Assembly: GCF_022163125.1 (NCBI RefSeq)
Contig: NZ_CP091881.1
Span: 4,156,122-4,180,121 of the forward strand
Direction: 5' to 3'
DNA: 24,000 bases
Origin: Paenibacillus sp. HWE-109
GTDB taxonomy: Bacteria > Bacillota > Bacilli > Paenibacillales > NBRC-103111
In this document: positions 15,313 to 23,473 of the stretch, piece after piece
Layout of the letters: every line of letters begins with the position of its first letter
How positions within the stretch are numbered: the first letter of the stretch is position 1
Position numbers and translations under genes: made by a program
The notes under the pieces: generated by a model
What the model was told of the DNA's origin: nothing
The model's input: only the letters and a program-made list of their open reading frames with translations
The model's database searches: none

Positions 15313-16671
15313 TTACGAATCCGCATCATTTACATCATGCTCTTCCAAGAACTTAATATCATGGTCACCCTTGATAAATTTCTTATGCTCGAGAAGTTTC
15401 AAATGGAAGGGAATCGTTGTATTCACGCCATCAACAGCGAACTCATTCAGTGCTCGTTTCATGCGGGCAATCGCTTCATCACGCGTACTCCCCCATACGA
15501 TCAGCTTCGCGATCATGGAATCGTAGTGCGGAGGAATCGTGTACCCTGGATAGACTGCGCTATCTACACGAACGCCGAAGCCACCGGGTGGCAGGTAAAA
15601 CTTCACTTGACCGGCCGAAGGCATGAAGTTGCGATTCGGATCTTCCGCATTGACACGGCATTCGATGGCCCAACCATTGATGCGCACATCTTCTTGTTTG
15701 AAAGAAAGCGGGTTGCCTTCAGCAACGCGAATCATCTCTTGAATGATATCGATACCAGTGATCATCTCGGTTACGGGATGTTCAACTTGAATTCGCGTAT
15801 TCATTTCCATGAAATAGAAATTGCCGTCAGGACCCAGGAGGAACTCTAACGTACCCGCTCCGGAGTAATTCACCGCTTTGGCAGCGCGAACGGCTGCTTG
15901 GCCCATCGCTGTACGCGTTTCCTCCGTCAGAATCGGACAAGGAGCTTCTTCTACGAGCTTCTGTCTGCGTCGCTGCACGGAGCAATCGCGTTCACCCAAA
16001 TGAACAACATTTCCGTGCTTATCGGCTAGAATTTGAATCTCAACATGCTTCATCCCCGTCAAATATTTCTCCAAATAAATGCCGGCATTGCCGAAAGCAT
16101 TCTGAGCTTCTTGCTGCGCAGCGGTAATTTGTTGAACGAGCGTATCTTCATTCTCGGCAATACGAATACCTTTGCCGCCGCCGCCTGCTGTTGCTTTGAT
16201 AATAATCGGATACCCGATATCCCGCGCAATAACAATCGCGTCGTCGACGTTGTCGACCAAGCCATCAGAACCTGGAATGATCGGCACTCTGGCTTCTTTC
16301 ATCGTTTGCTTGGCAACCGCCTTATCGCCCATGCGACTAATCGCATCGGGTGAAGGTCCAATAAACGTGATATTGCAGCTTTCGCAAATTTCTGCGAAGT
16401 CCGCATTTTCTGCTAGAAACCCATACCCCGGATGAATGGCATCACATTCTGTCAACGTAGCCACGCTCATCAGGTTCGTAAAGTTCAAATAGCTGTCCTT
16501 GGAGGCAGTCGGTCCAATACAATAGGCTTCATCGGCTAATCGCACATGCAGAGCATCGCGATCTGCTTCCGAATAAACAGCTACGCTGTAAATGCCAAGC
16601 TCACGACAAGCCCGGATAATACGAACAGCTATTTCTCCTCGGTTCGCTATTAGGATTTTGTGAAAGTTCAT
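15313..16671 (-). CDS. accC: Acetyl-CoA carboxylase biotin carboxylase subunit
   Basis: 452 aa. ILIANRGEIAVRIIRA, ATP-grasp GGGGKGIR, EMNTRIQVEHPVTE. Confidence 0.97.
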   Translation of the reverse strand: MNFHKILIANRGEIAVRIIRACRELGIYSVAVYSEADRDALHVRLADEAYCIGPTASKDSYLNFTNLMSVATLTECDAIHPGYGFLAENADFAEICESCNITFIGPSPDAISRMGDKAVAKQTMKEARVPIIPGSDGLVDNVDDAIVIARDIGYPIIIKATAGGGGKGIRIAENEDTLVQQITAAQQEAQNAFGNAGIYLEKYLTGMKHVEIQILADKHGNVVHLGERDCSVQRRRQKLVEEAPCPILTEETRTAMGQAAVRAAKAVNYSGAGTLEFLLGPDGNFYFMEMNTRIQVEHPVTEMITGIDIIQEMIRVAEGNPLSFKQEDVRINGWAIECRVNAEDPNRNFMPSAGQVKFYLPPGGFGVRVDSAVYPGYTIPPHYDSMIAKLIVWGSTRDEAIARMKRALNEFAVDGVNTTIPFHLKLLEHKKFIKGDHDIKFLEEHDVNDADS

Positions 16672-16686
16672 TGTTTTTCCTCCTAA

Positions 16687-16708
16687 AAGTTTTCCGTTAG
16701 GAAAACTT
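16687..16708 (-). promoter_or_regulatory. Terminator-like hairpin in the accB-accC spacer, abutting the accC RBS
   Basis: In minus-sense, GUUUUCC-UAAC-GGAAAAC (7 bp, 16708-16691) is followed by UUUU, then AGGAGG. The stem is weak (3 G-C pairs). Confidence 0.45.
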
Positions 16709-16736
16709 ACATCGTAAGCCTTCGCTTTAAACGCGC

Positions 16737-17231
16737 TTACTCCGGTTTCACCAAGAATAAAGGCTGTCCGTATTCTACAAGCTGACCGTTTTCAACGAGA
16801 ATTTCCACGATCTCACCTTTGATTTCGGCTTCGATTTCGTTCATTAATTTCATGGCTTCAATGATACATACAACCGATTTATCTCCTACTTTGTTGCCAA
16901 CATTCGTAAAAGGAGCAGAACCTGGAGAAGCAGACTGATAGAAAGTTCCTACCATCGGTGAAACAATCTTATGTAAAGATGAGTCCTCTTGCTTAACATG
17001 TCCAGTCGCAGGCAGCGCTGCATCCAAAGCGGCAACAGGGGCCGTATTCGCAATGCTAGCTTGACCAATTGGTGCATATGTGTGTTGTGCGGGAGCCGTA
17101 ACGTAAATAGGCTCTGATTTGCTTGGTTTACGAATAGCAAGGCGTGCGCCTTCATTTTCGATCTCAAGTTCTTGTAAAGAGGATTGATCGACGAGTTTGA
17201 TCAACTCTTTGATTTCACTCAATTTGAACAT
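16737..17231 (-). CDS. accB: Acetyl-CoA carboxylase biotin carboxyl carrier protein
   Basis: 164 aa. Ala/Pro-rich linker and biotinyl-lysine motif [11 protein letters not shown]. Confidence 0.95.
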   Translation of the reverse strand: MFKLSEIKELIKLVDQSSLQELEIENEGARLAIRKPSKSEPIYVTAPAQHTYAPIGQASIANTAPVAALDAALPATGHVKQEDSSLHKIVSPMVGTFYQSASPGSAPFTNVGNKVGDKSVVCIIEAMKLMNEIEAEIKGEIVEILVENGQLVEYGQPLFLVKPE

Positions 17232-17296
17232 TCATGTCACTCCTTTAGACGTTGGTGAACCAATAAAAAATGCGGTTTCATAGCCGCAACGTATGT

Positions 17297-17325
17297 ATTA
17301 TACCCATAAACGCAAGAAATGGAAA
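17297..17325 (-). promoter_or_regulatory. Putative sigmaA promoter for accBC
   Basis: Minus-sense TTTCCA (17325-17320), 17 nt, then TATAAT (17302-17297). The -35 overlaps the 3' arm of the spoIIIA terminator. Confidence 0.45.
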
Positions 17326-17351
17326 GAGTCCAGTTTGTCCGGACCCTTTCC
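17311..17351 (-). terminator. Rho-independent terminator of the spoIIIA operon
   Basis: 11-bp stem 17351-17341 / 17331-17321 (one G-U) with a 9-nt loop, then AUUUCUUGCGUUU in minus-sense. Located 38 nt after the spoIIIAH stop. Confidence 0.75.
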
Positions 17352-17388
17352 ATCGCCATTCCCATGTGCGTTGACCTCGCTCTTTCGC

Positions 17389-18183
17389 CTATGGGCTCAC
17401 ATACTGAATCTTGATGTTTTCTGGTGCTGCGCCTAACTCTTTAACGACCATATCGACGATGGTAACACCTTGGCTTTTTTCCAATTTATCACTTTGAACC
17501 GTTACTTTCCACTTGTTTCCATCTTGATTCACAATCGCTTGCGGGAATTCTTTCATCAACACATCTTGCAGATTTTCTACTTTTTCTTGAACATCCGTCA
17601 GTTTAGATAAATCATTGGTTGCCTTCGCAACCGCTTCTGGCGATTTCTTGGCATCAATAATAATTTCCATCAAATCGGACGAGGTTTTGCTGAAATATTC
17701 GCTCTGTTTCATTTGCTCATTCGTGAAATAATCGCTAGCTGATGTCGTTCTTGCTTGCTCCTCCACTTGCTTCAGCACTTGATCATCTGTCTTGGCTGTG
17801 CTGGATTGCGGTGCTTTGGAAGTACCCGTGCTTGTTGTTGTTTTTGCATCTGTTTTGGCATCTGTTTTGACATCTGTTTTCACGTCCGTTTTGGCATCCG
17901 TCTTAACCTCTGTCTTGGCGTCGGTTTTTGTCGCATTTTGTGGCGTCGCAACTTTCGTGTCAACTTTTGCATCCTTGCCTGTTGTTGCTTTCACATCTGT
18001 TTTAGCGGCATTCGCAGGATCAGCTTGACTCATATCAATCTTCACTTCTTGGCCGGTTTGCGCCGTGCTTGACGCTGCCAAATCGAGTTTGTTGACATCC
18101 TCTGTGAACAAGTAATAAGCAGAAAGCACCACCATTAAGCTGAGCATGGATACGAGCCAAATTGTTTGTCTTTTTGCGTTCAT
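17389..18183 (-). CDS. spoIIIAH: Stage III sporulation protein AH (feeding-tube component)
   Basis: 264 aa. N-terminal TM (KRQTIWLVSMLSLMVVLSAYYLF), C-terminal YscJ/FliF-like region, last gene of the spoIIIA cluster. Carries a K/T/D-rich repeat linker. Confidence 0.9.
   Translation of the reverse strand: MNAKRQTIWLVSMLSLMVVLSAYYLFTEDVNKLDLAASSTAQTGQEVKIDMSQADPANAAKTDVKATTGKDAKVDTKVATPQNATKTDAKTEVKTDAKTDVKTDVKTDAKTDAKTTTSTGTSKAPQSSTAKTDDQVLKQVEEQARTTSASDYFTNEQMKQSEYFSKTSSDLMEIIIDAKKSPEAVAKATNDLSKLTDVQEKVENLQDVLMKEFPQAIVNQDGNKWKVTVQSDKLEKSQGVTIVDMVVKELGAAPENIKIQYVSP
17846..17929 (-). repeat. Seven tandem 12-nt units inside spoIIIAH encoding a (K-T-D-A/V)n-type linker
   Basis: + strand units GCATCTGTTTTG x2, ACATCTGTTTTC, ACGTCCGTTTTG, GCATCCGTCTTA, ACCTCTGTCTTG, GCGTCGGTTTTT. 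In frame they give TDAKTEVKTDAKTDVKTDVKTDAKTDAKT. Confidence 0.85.
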
Positions 18184-18221
18184 TGAATATTCCTCCTCAT
18201 ATTTGGTTGATATTTGCTTTT

Positions 18222-18860
18222 TTATTCACCCGTTTTGCGGGGTAAGATGGAGATGCGGTGCGCCTCGACGCCAAGGCCTCGTTCAACGGCTTCTGTAATC
18301 ATTTTTTTCACGGTAAGATTCTCGGCACCTTTTGCGACAACGATAACCCCTCTAATCTTAGGCTTAATATATTTGAGCACAAGTGGTTTTTGGTCGCCTG
18401 ACACTTGATAGATCACCACTTCACCACTCCGCGTTACCTGGGATATATTCCGGGTTGCCCCGCCATTGTCGCGTTCTGTCGTCATTTGTTGATTGTCATT
18501 ATAATTTTTGTCGACGGTCATTTCCTCCGTTGATTCAATCGTAACGAGCACTTCTACATCGCCGACACCGACAATTTTTTGTAAGATCTCTTTCAATTGG
18601 GACTGATAAGCCGCCTCGTAGTCATGAAAGGTAGAATTTTCCTTGGGTGAGCTGCCTAGAAATGTTTCTTTACTTGGTGGCGGGGAAGCTCGGCCCGCAT
18701 TGATGGGATCGACATCTTTTACAGTCATAAAGGCATTCATAATCATCAGCGCAGCTCCTAAAAGTCCAATCATAATGACCCATAGCAGCGTATTTTTACG
18801 TTTGGGCCCTCCCGGACCTCCGCCGAATTTGTGCTCCATCCATTGCAGCAATGTTCCCAT
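18222..18860 (-). CDS. spoIIIAG: Stage III sporulation protein AG (start re-set from track 18908)
   Basis: ATG 18860 lies 5 nt after GAGGTG (18871-18866) and 4 nt after the spoIIIAF stop. Product MGTLLQWMEHKF... has a TM (LLWVIMIGLLGAALMI) and the C-terminal ring-forming domain (VIYQV....PLVLKYIKPKIRGVIVVAKGA). Confidence 0.9.
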   Translation of the reverse strand: MGTLLQWMEHKFGGGPGGPKRKNTLLWVIMIGLLGAALMIMNAFMTVKDVDPINAGRASPPPSKETFLGSSPKENSTFHDYEAAYQSQLKEILQKIVGVGDVEVLVTIESTEEMTVDKNYNDNQQMTTERDNGGATRNISQVTRSGEVVIYQVSGDQKPLVLKYIKPKIRGVIVVAKGAENLTVKKMITEAVERGLGVEAHRISILPRKTGE

Positions 18861-18864
18861 CGAT

Positions 18865-19611
18865 TCACCTCGCAATCCTTCCGTTCCTTTGTGCAAGCTG
18901 GATATCAATCTGAGCTGACTCTACTAACCAATTCCGGGCAATGCTTTGTCTAAGCCGCTCTGCTTCTTGTTCATAGGCAGCAGGTAATCCTGGAGCTGCA
19001 GCAGCCTTAACATCCGTAGTACTGCTATCAGAAAGCTTTGCTCCTGGTTCGATCCGAATCGGGTCGATCGGTTTCACAGGTTCCATAACCGCTATGCTTT
19101 GGGAGTTTCCTTGCTTGGAAGTCATCTTCTTTGCTTCTATATCATCAAGGGTTACCCTGACTTTCATGATCACGGGTTTCCCATTATTGTCGATCTGCGC
19201 TGCTACCTGAACATCCTGAATGAGAAGGTCTGTTTGCTTCTGCAAATCCTCTTTCATCATGCCAGCGAGCTGCGTTTGCAGCATCTGTTGAGACTGCTTC
19301 TGCCCTTCGGCCTGCAACCTTTGGCCTTCCTTTGTAATAGCTTCCAGCGACTTCATTCCGCTGCTGCCAGCATTGCTCGCAACCAGCGACTTCTCGTTTT
19401 GTTTTTGCTCGGCTTGACCAATCAATTGATCCATGTTCCAATCCTTCTGGAACAACTGCAGAACCGGGGACAACAGGGTCAATAGGATGAATAGGCTCAT
19501 AACTGTTTTGACATAGCGCTGCATAGTATTGCTTGGAAGCAGTAAATCCACAAAGGTGGCCAACATGATGACCATGATGACGGTTTTCAGCCAACCAGCT
19601 AACCAATCCAT
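18865..19611 (-). CDS. spoIIIAF: Stage III sporulation protein AF
   Basis: 248 aa. The N-terminus MDWLAGWLKTVIMVIMLATFVDLLLPSNTMQRYVKTVMSLFILLTLLSP is the conserved SpoIIIAF two-TM region. RBS AAAGGAG. Confidence 0.9.
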   Translation of the reverse strand: MDWLAGWLKTVIMVIMLATFVDLLLPSNTMQRYVKTVMSLFILLTLLSPVLQLFQKDWNMDQLIGQAEQKQNEKSLVASNAGSSGMKSLEAITKEGQRLQAEGQKQSQQMLQTQLAGMMKEDLQKQTDLLIQDVQVAAQIDNNGKPVIMKVRVTLDDIEAKKMTSKQGNSQSIAVMEPVKPIDPIRIEPGAKLSDSSTTDVKAAAAPGLPAAYEQEAERLRQSIARNWLVESAQIDIQLAQRNGRIAR

Positions 19612-19624
19612 AGTTGGGCTCCTT

Positions 19625-20824
19625 TCATCGCATCATCACAGACACATTACTGATGGCTATCATGATGGTTAAGGCTAGAAAGAACATTAGGCTAACGGCA
19701 GCTAAAGCAGCAAACACGTAAATCAAGCTCTTCCCGATCGTTTGCAGACATGCGATCATGGGACTGTCTCCCAACGGCTGCATTATCGCTGCTGATAAGT
19801 TGTAAATGAAGGCAAGCGTCAAAATTTTGATCGCTGGAAAGGCGCAAAGCATCACAAGTATGACAACCCCCACGAGTCCAATCGCATTCTTCACTAGCAA
19901 GGAAGCCCCGATTACGGTTTCTGTCGCATCGGAGAACAATCGACCGACAACCGGCACGAAGTTACCGGTGATATACTTGGCCGTCCTAATGGCTACGCCG
20001 TCTCTGACCGCCCCTGCTGTCCCTTGTATCGAAATAACGCCAAGGAATACCGTTACGAATACCCCAAGCATACTGAGCGCAATCGTGCGAAGCAGGTTTG
20101 CAAGCTGAGTTACCTTGTACTTCTCGCTCAGCGAACTAACGATGTGCAGAACCGCCGAGAAGAACAGCAGCGGGAAAACAAACACATAAATCGCTGTGCC
20201 AACCGTGTGAATCATGAAGACAATGAGCGGGTGCAAGATGGCAACGGAAGTCACATTGCCCATAGAAGCCAGCAGAGTCAACAACAAGGGAACAAGGGCA
20301 AGCATGAACTGAATCATCGATGTGATGGCATCTTTGGCATAGCCGATGGCCACACTGAAACTATTGATAGCGATGATGATCATCACCATGTAGGTAATGG
20401 AATAGCCTAGCTTGCTCACGGTATTCCGTTCGAATGAGCTTTGCAGCGTCTCCAGAATCATACTGAAAATCGTGAGGATAACGATCGAAGCCAGCAGCTT
20501 GCCATTGATAATAATTTCATGAAAGACATAGCTAAGAAGTCCTTTGAAAATACTTTTGAAACTAATCCCCTTCGTCCCCAGCAGAAGTTCCATAAAGGTT
20601 GGCGGCTTGCTTTCCGGGAAATATCCGCCATACTCTTTCATGAGCTTATCCCAGTATTGCTCGACAGGTTCTGTATTCAAATGATTGGCCTGCTCTTTGA
20701 TAATGGCATCCGTTGGAGATGCTGCATGAGACAGGTTCGTCATCCCGAGCCAGAAGCCCATAATCAGGATACATACAATCATCCAACGGTGATTCAGTCT
20801 CTGGTGCGAATAAAGTAGATTCAT
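19625..20824 (-). CDS. spoIIIAE: Stage III sporulation protein AE (start re-set from track 20848)
   Basis: ATG 20824 lies 6 nt after AGGAGTG (20837-20831), giving 399 aa. Signal-like N-terminus followed by a polytopic membrane domain. Confidence 0.93.
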   Translation of the reverse strand: MNLLYSHQRLNHRWMIVCILIMGFWLGMTNLSHAASPTDAIIKEQANHLNTEPVEQYWDKLMKEYGGYFPESKPPTFMELLLGTKGISFKSIFKGLLSYVFHEIIINGKLLASIVILTIFSMILETLQSSFERNTVSKLGYSITYMVMIIIAINSFSVAIGYAKDAITSMIQFMLALVPLLLTLLASMGNVTSVAILHPLIVFMIHTVGTAIYVFVFPLLFFSAVLHIVSSLSEKYKVTQLANLLRTIALSMLGVFVTVFLGVISIQGTAGAVRDGVAIRTAKYITGNFVPVVGRLFSDATETVIGASLLVKNAIGLVGVVILVMLCAFPAIKILTLAFIYNLSAAIMQPLGDSPMIACLQTIGKSLIYVFAALAAVSLMFFLALTIMIAISNVSVMMR

Positions 20825-20848
20825 TCCTGTCACTCCTAAGTAAATCAT

Positions 20849-21238
20849 CTAAGCCGGCAGCAGCTTAACGACGGTTTCGATAATGACGGTAATGATGGGA
20901 ATCGCCATCACCATAATGAGCACCTTGCCTGAAAGCTCAATCTTGGAGGCAATAGATTCCTGGCCGGCATCCCGAACTATTTGGGCACCGAACTCAGCAA
21001 TATAGGCGACGCCGATGATTTTGAGGATGGTTTTGAGGAAAACCATATTAATGCTGGATTTTTGCGCCAGATCCTCAAGCACCTGAATGACCGTAGAAAT
21101 TTTACCAATCAGAAACAGGAAGATCATGATGCCTGTAAAGGCAGCCAGCAGAAAAGCGAACATCGGCTTCTGCTCTTTGATGATGAGCGTTAATATCGTA
21201 ACAATGAGTCCGAGGCCTACAATCTGGATGATTTCCAT
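20849..21238 (-). CDS. spoIIIAD: Stage III sporulation protein AD (start re-set from track 21328)
   Basis: ATG 21238 follows GAGGTGG (21250-21244). The product MEIIQIVGLGLIVTILTLIIKEQKP...AYIAEFGAQIVRDAGQESIASKIELSGK matches SpoIIIAD. The track's 30-aa N-terminal extension overlaps spoIIIAC. Confidence 0.93.
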   Translation of the reverse strand: MEIIQIVGLGLIVTILTLIIKEQKPMFAFLLAAFTGIMIFLFLIGKISTVIQVLEDLAQKSSINMVFLKTILKIIGVAYIAEFGAQIVRDAGQESIASKIELSGKVLIMVMAIPIITVIIETVVKLLPA

Positions 21239-21248
21239 TTGGCCCACC

Positions 21249-21452
21249 TCATTGGAATAGGAAAATGGTTTTGATTTCTTTAAATAAATGATCGAGCATA
21301 CTGACGACCATGAAGAGCACGACCACAAAGCCGATAACCGTGACCCAGTGAGCCATATCCTCTTTGCCCATCTGCTTGAGCACCGAATGGATCATCGCGA
21401 TGATGATGCCGATGCCGGCGATCTGGAAAATGGCATTCACATCTACATTCAT
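21249..21452 (-). CDS. spoIIIAC: Stage III sporulation protein AC (only the C-terminal 67 aa of track ORF 21249..21764)
   Basis: ATG 21452 follows GAGGTG. MNVDVNAIFQIAGIGIIIAMIHSVLKQMGKEDMAHWVTVIGFVVVLFMVVSMLDHLFKEIKTIFLFQ is colinear with B. subtilis SpoIIIAC (68 aa). Confidence 0.93.
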   Translation of the reverse strand: MNVDVNAIFQIAGIGIIIAMIHSVLKQMGKEDMAHWVTVIGFVVVLFMVVSMLDHLFKEIKTIFLFQ

Positions 21453-21514
21453 TCCAGGCACCTCACTCTGTTGACAAGGAACGACTGCCGCTTGCGGCAA
21501 TGTCCTTGCTACCC

Positions 21515-22033
21515 TTAATACATCAAAATCACGATTAATGCGCCGATGAGAACACCAAGGCTTTTCCACATTTTCTCGTAGCGCCGTTGTTCTTCCCTGG
21601 ATTCGGTCTCTTCGGTTTGCAGTTGGCTGATGGCAAGCCGAATATGTTTGATCTGGTCGCTGCGATCTGTCAGTCCAAGAACGGAGCCTAACTGCAGAAC
21701 AACTTCTTGCTCGGCTTGTTTCATCGAGGTGCGTGTCCAGACATCCTGTACACTCATGCACCATATCTCCCGCGTGGATAGTCCATCACTGCTCAATAAA
21801 CGTTCAGCCGTTATGCGAAATAGTGATGACAAGGGGTCAGGCACTTGTTTACTCAGAGAAATGAAAGCTTCAGGCAGCGGTGTGAGGGCATAAGTGATTT
21901 CCGTCTCCATTCGTCCTAAAGCGCTGATAAGCGCTCTAATTTGTTTGGGACGCCTGATGTAGTGCGTTGCCTTCAGAAATCCAAATAAAGTCGCTGCGCC
22001 AATGATGAGTACCCCGCCAACGAATTTAAGCAT
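21515..22033 (-). CDS. spoIIIAB: Stage III sporulation protein AB
   Basis: 172 aa. N-terminal TM, IRRPKQIRALISALGRMETEITY (GspF-like fold family), C-terminal TM. RBS GAGGGA. Confidence 0.92.
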   Translation of the reverse strand: MLKFVGGVLIIGAATLFGFLKATHYIRRPKQIRALISALGRMETEITYALTPLPEAFISLSKQVPDPLSSLFRITAERLLSSDGLSTREIWCMSVQDVWTRTSMKQAEQEVVLQLGSVLGLTDRSDQIKHIRLAISQLQTEETESREEQRRYEKMWKSLGVLIGALIVILMY

Positions 22034-22039
22034 CTTCCC

Positions 22040-23023
22040 TCATCCTTTCCTTACTGGAATGGATTCGAGGGGTTTGCCGTAACGATCCATGATCCGATAG
22101 GCAGCTGTTGCCCCTCTGCGACGCTGCAAGATGACATATCTCGTAAATACACCTTCTTCCAGCAGTTGCTTGAGTACAGGCCGCATACGTACATCATCGT
22201 AGTCGGCACCGTGAGCTGTGGCGACTACCCGAATTCCGGTATGAACCGCTTCATGAATAGCTTGGGCATCTTCTGGGCGCCCAATTTCATCGACGATCAG
22301 CACATCAGGTGATAAAGACCGTATCATCATCATCATGCCTTCCGCCTTGGGACAACCGTCAAGGACATCTGTGCGCGGCCCAAGATCGAATCTAGGGACA
22401 CCTTTCACACAAGCAGCCAACTCGGATCGTTCATCAATGACCCCAACCTTCTTGCCGGCATTCGCTAGACTGTCCGTCCCCCACTCACCTCGGCTCACTA
22501 ATCTCGCGATATCACGGAGGAGCGTTGTTTTCCCTTGCTGCGGCGGCGAAATGATGAGCGTATGATGAATACTTCTCATCACGGGATCATACAGGTGCGG
22601 CAGCACGGCTTGGCCAACCCCTTGCAGTTCACGAGCAATCCGGATATTGAAGGAACTCACATCACGAATTTGTCTGACATGGCCTTGTTCCAGCACCGTA
22701 CGTCCTGCTAGTCCTACTCGATGGCCTCCGACAATGGTGATATAGCCACGCCTAAGCTCTTCTTCAAAGGTGTATAAGGAATGATTCGTCAACATCTCCA
22801 GCAGGGTCAGACAATCCTGACGATTCGGTTTATAGGCCCTGGCTTCCTGCGCGACGATTTGGCCCCGCTCATCCAGAAAGGCATACCGATCACCCCAGCT
22901 AATCTCGAAAGGGCGCGACTCTCGTATCCGGATCTCTTCAACGCTAGCTTGTACTTCTGGCGACAGTTCGGCTAACAGAAGCCGGAGCGACTGGGGGAAC
23001 AAATGCATAATCGTTGTGAGCAT
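22040..23023 (-). CDS. spoIIIAA: Stage III sporulation protein AA (secretion-type ATPase; start re-set from track 23041)
   Basis: ATG 23023 lies 10 nt after GGAGGG (23039-23034). Walker A ISPPQQGKTTLLRD, Walker B DVLIVDEIG, and EEIRIRESRP at the N-terminus. Confidence 0.93.
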   Translation of the reverse strand: MLTTIMHLFPQSLRLLLAELSPEVQASVEEIRIRESRPFEISWGDRYAFLDERGQIVAQEARAYKPNRQDCLTLLEMLTNHSLYTFEEELRRGYITIVGGHRVGLAGRTVLEQGHVRQIRDVSSFNIRIARELQGVGQAVLPHLYDPVMRSIHHTLIISPPQQGKTTLLRDIARLVSRGEWGTDSLANAGKKVGVIDERSELAACVKGVPRFDLGPRTDVLDGCPKAEGMMMMIRSLSPDVLIVDEIGRPEDAQAIHEAVHTGIRVVATAHGADYDDVRMRPVLKQLLEEGVFTRYVILQRRRGATAAYRIMDRYGKPLESIPVRKG

Positions 23024-23062
23024 AGCCTGACATCCCTCCAAGTTGTCCAGTCTTCTATATTC

Positions 23063-23091
23063 ATTTCTATGCTTAATAGAAAGAAATATGA
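23063..23091 (-). promoter_or_regulatory. Putative sigmaE-type promoter of the spoIIIA operon
   Basis: Minus-sense TCATATT (23091-23085), 13 nt, then CATAGAAAT (23071-23063), compared with the sigmaE pattern kmATAtt...CATACAhT. spoIIIA is sigmaE-dependent in B. subtilis. The element starts 5 nt after the yqhV stop. Confidence 0.45.
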
Positions 23092-23095
23092 CCGA

Positions 23096-23359
23096 TTACT
23101 TTTTTAAAATACCAATAAATAGACAGCTTACACCCGCAATCACCCACAGCATCTTGCCATAGGAGAGCTTCTCAGCGATTCCTACCAAACCGATGGTAGT
23201 TGTCGCTAATAGTACTAGAGGACCTACTAGAGCCAAACCAGAGTTCACTAGGAGCGCCTTCTCCACCGTGGCCAGCCTCAACATGAGAATAGCGGCAATA
23301 ATCTCAATACTTCCCGACATCATCCTCAGCGAGGCCATCGTTAGGACAATTTTGTTCAT
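23096..23359 (-). CDS. yqhV: YqhV-family small membrane protein (DUF2619)
   Basis: 87 aa with three predicted TM helices. Same position as B. subtilis yqhV, immediately upstream of spoIIIAA. RBS AAGGAGG. Confidence 0.8.
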   Translation of the reverse strand: MNKIVLTMASLRMMSGSIEIIAAILMLRLATVEKALLVNSGLALVGPLVLLATTTIGLVGIAEKLSYGKMLWVIAGVSCLFIGILKK

Positions 23360-23434
23360 TTCTTTTTACTACCTCCTTTAAAAGATTTAGATCTCCATGC
23401 ATGATTGCGGAGTGAGAGTTAGCTCGAACTTCTT

Positions 23435-23473
23435 GCATAAGGTAGGGTTAAAGCTTTTTACCCTACCTTATGC
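23435..23473. repeat. Perfect 14-bp inverted repeat in the divergent yqhV / ComA-like intergenic region
   Basis: GCATAAGGTAGGGT (23435-23448) and ACCCTACCTTATGC (23460-23473), separated by an 11-nt spacer containing the palindrome AAAGCTTT. No U tract on either strand. Confidence 0.75.

Noticed and set aside
17846-17929. Tandem repeat as a possible CRISPR or minisatellite locus
   Set aside because: The units are contiguous with no spacers, are only 12 nt long, and are in frame within a conserved sporulation gene.
17755-18072. Antisense ORFs (105 aa and 78 aa, VLASVLTSV...) opposite spoIIIAH
   Set aside because: These are direct by-products of the 12-nt tandem repeat lacking stops in the reverse frames. 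They have no translation signals.
21453-21764. N-terminal 104 aa of the 171-aa track ORF overlapping spoIIIAB
   Set aside because: It is out of frame with the well-conserved SpoIIIAB, with Arg-rich nonsense-like sequence and no RBS at 21764. Only the last 67 aa (SpoIIIAC) have an SD and homology.
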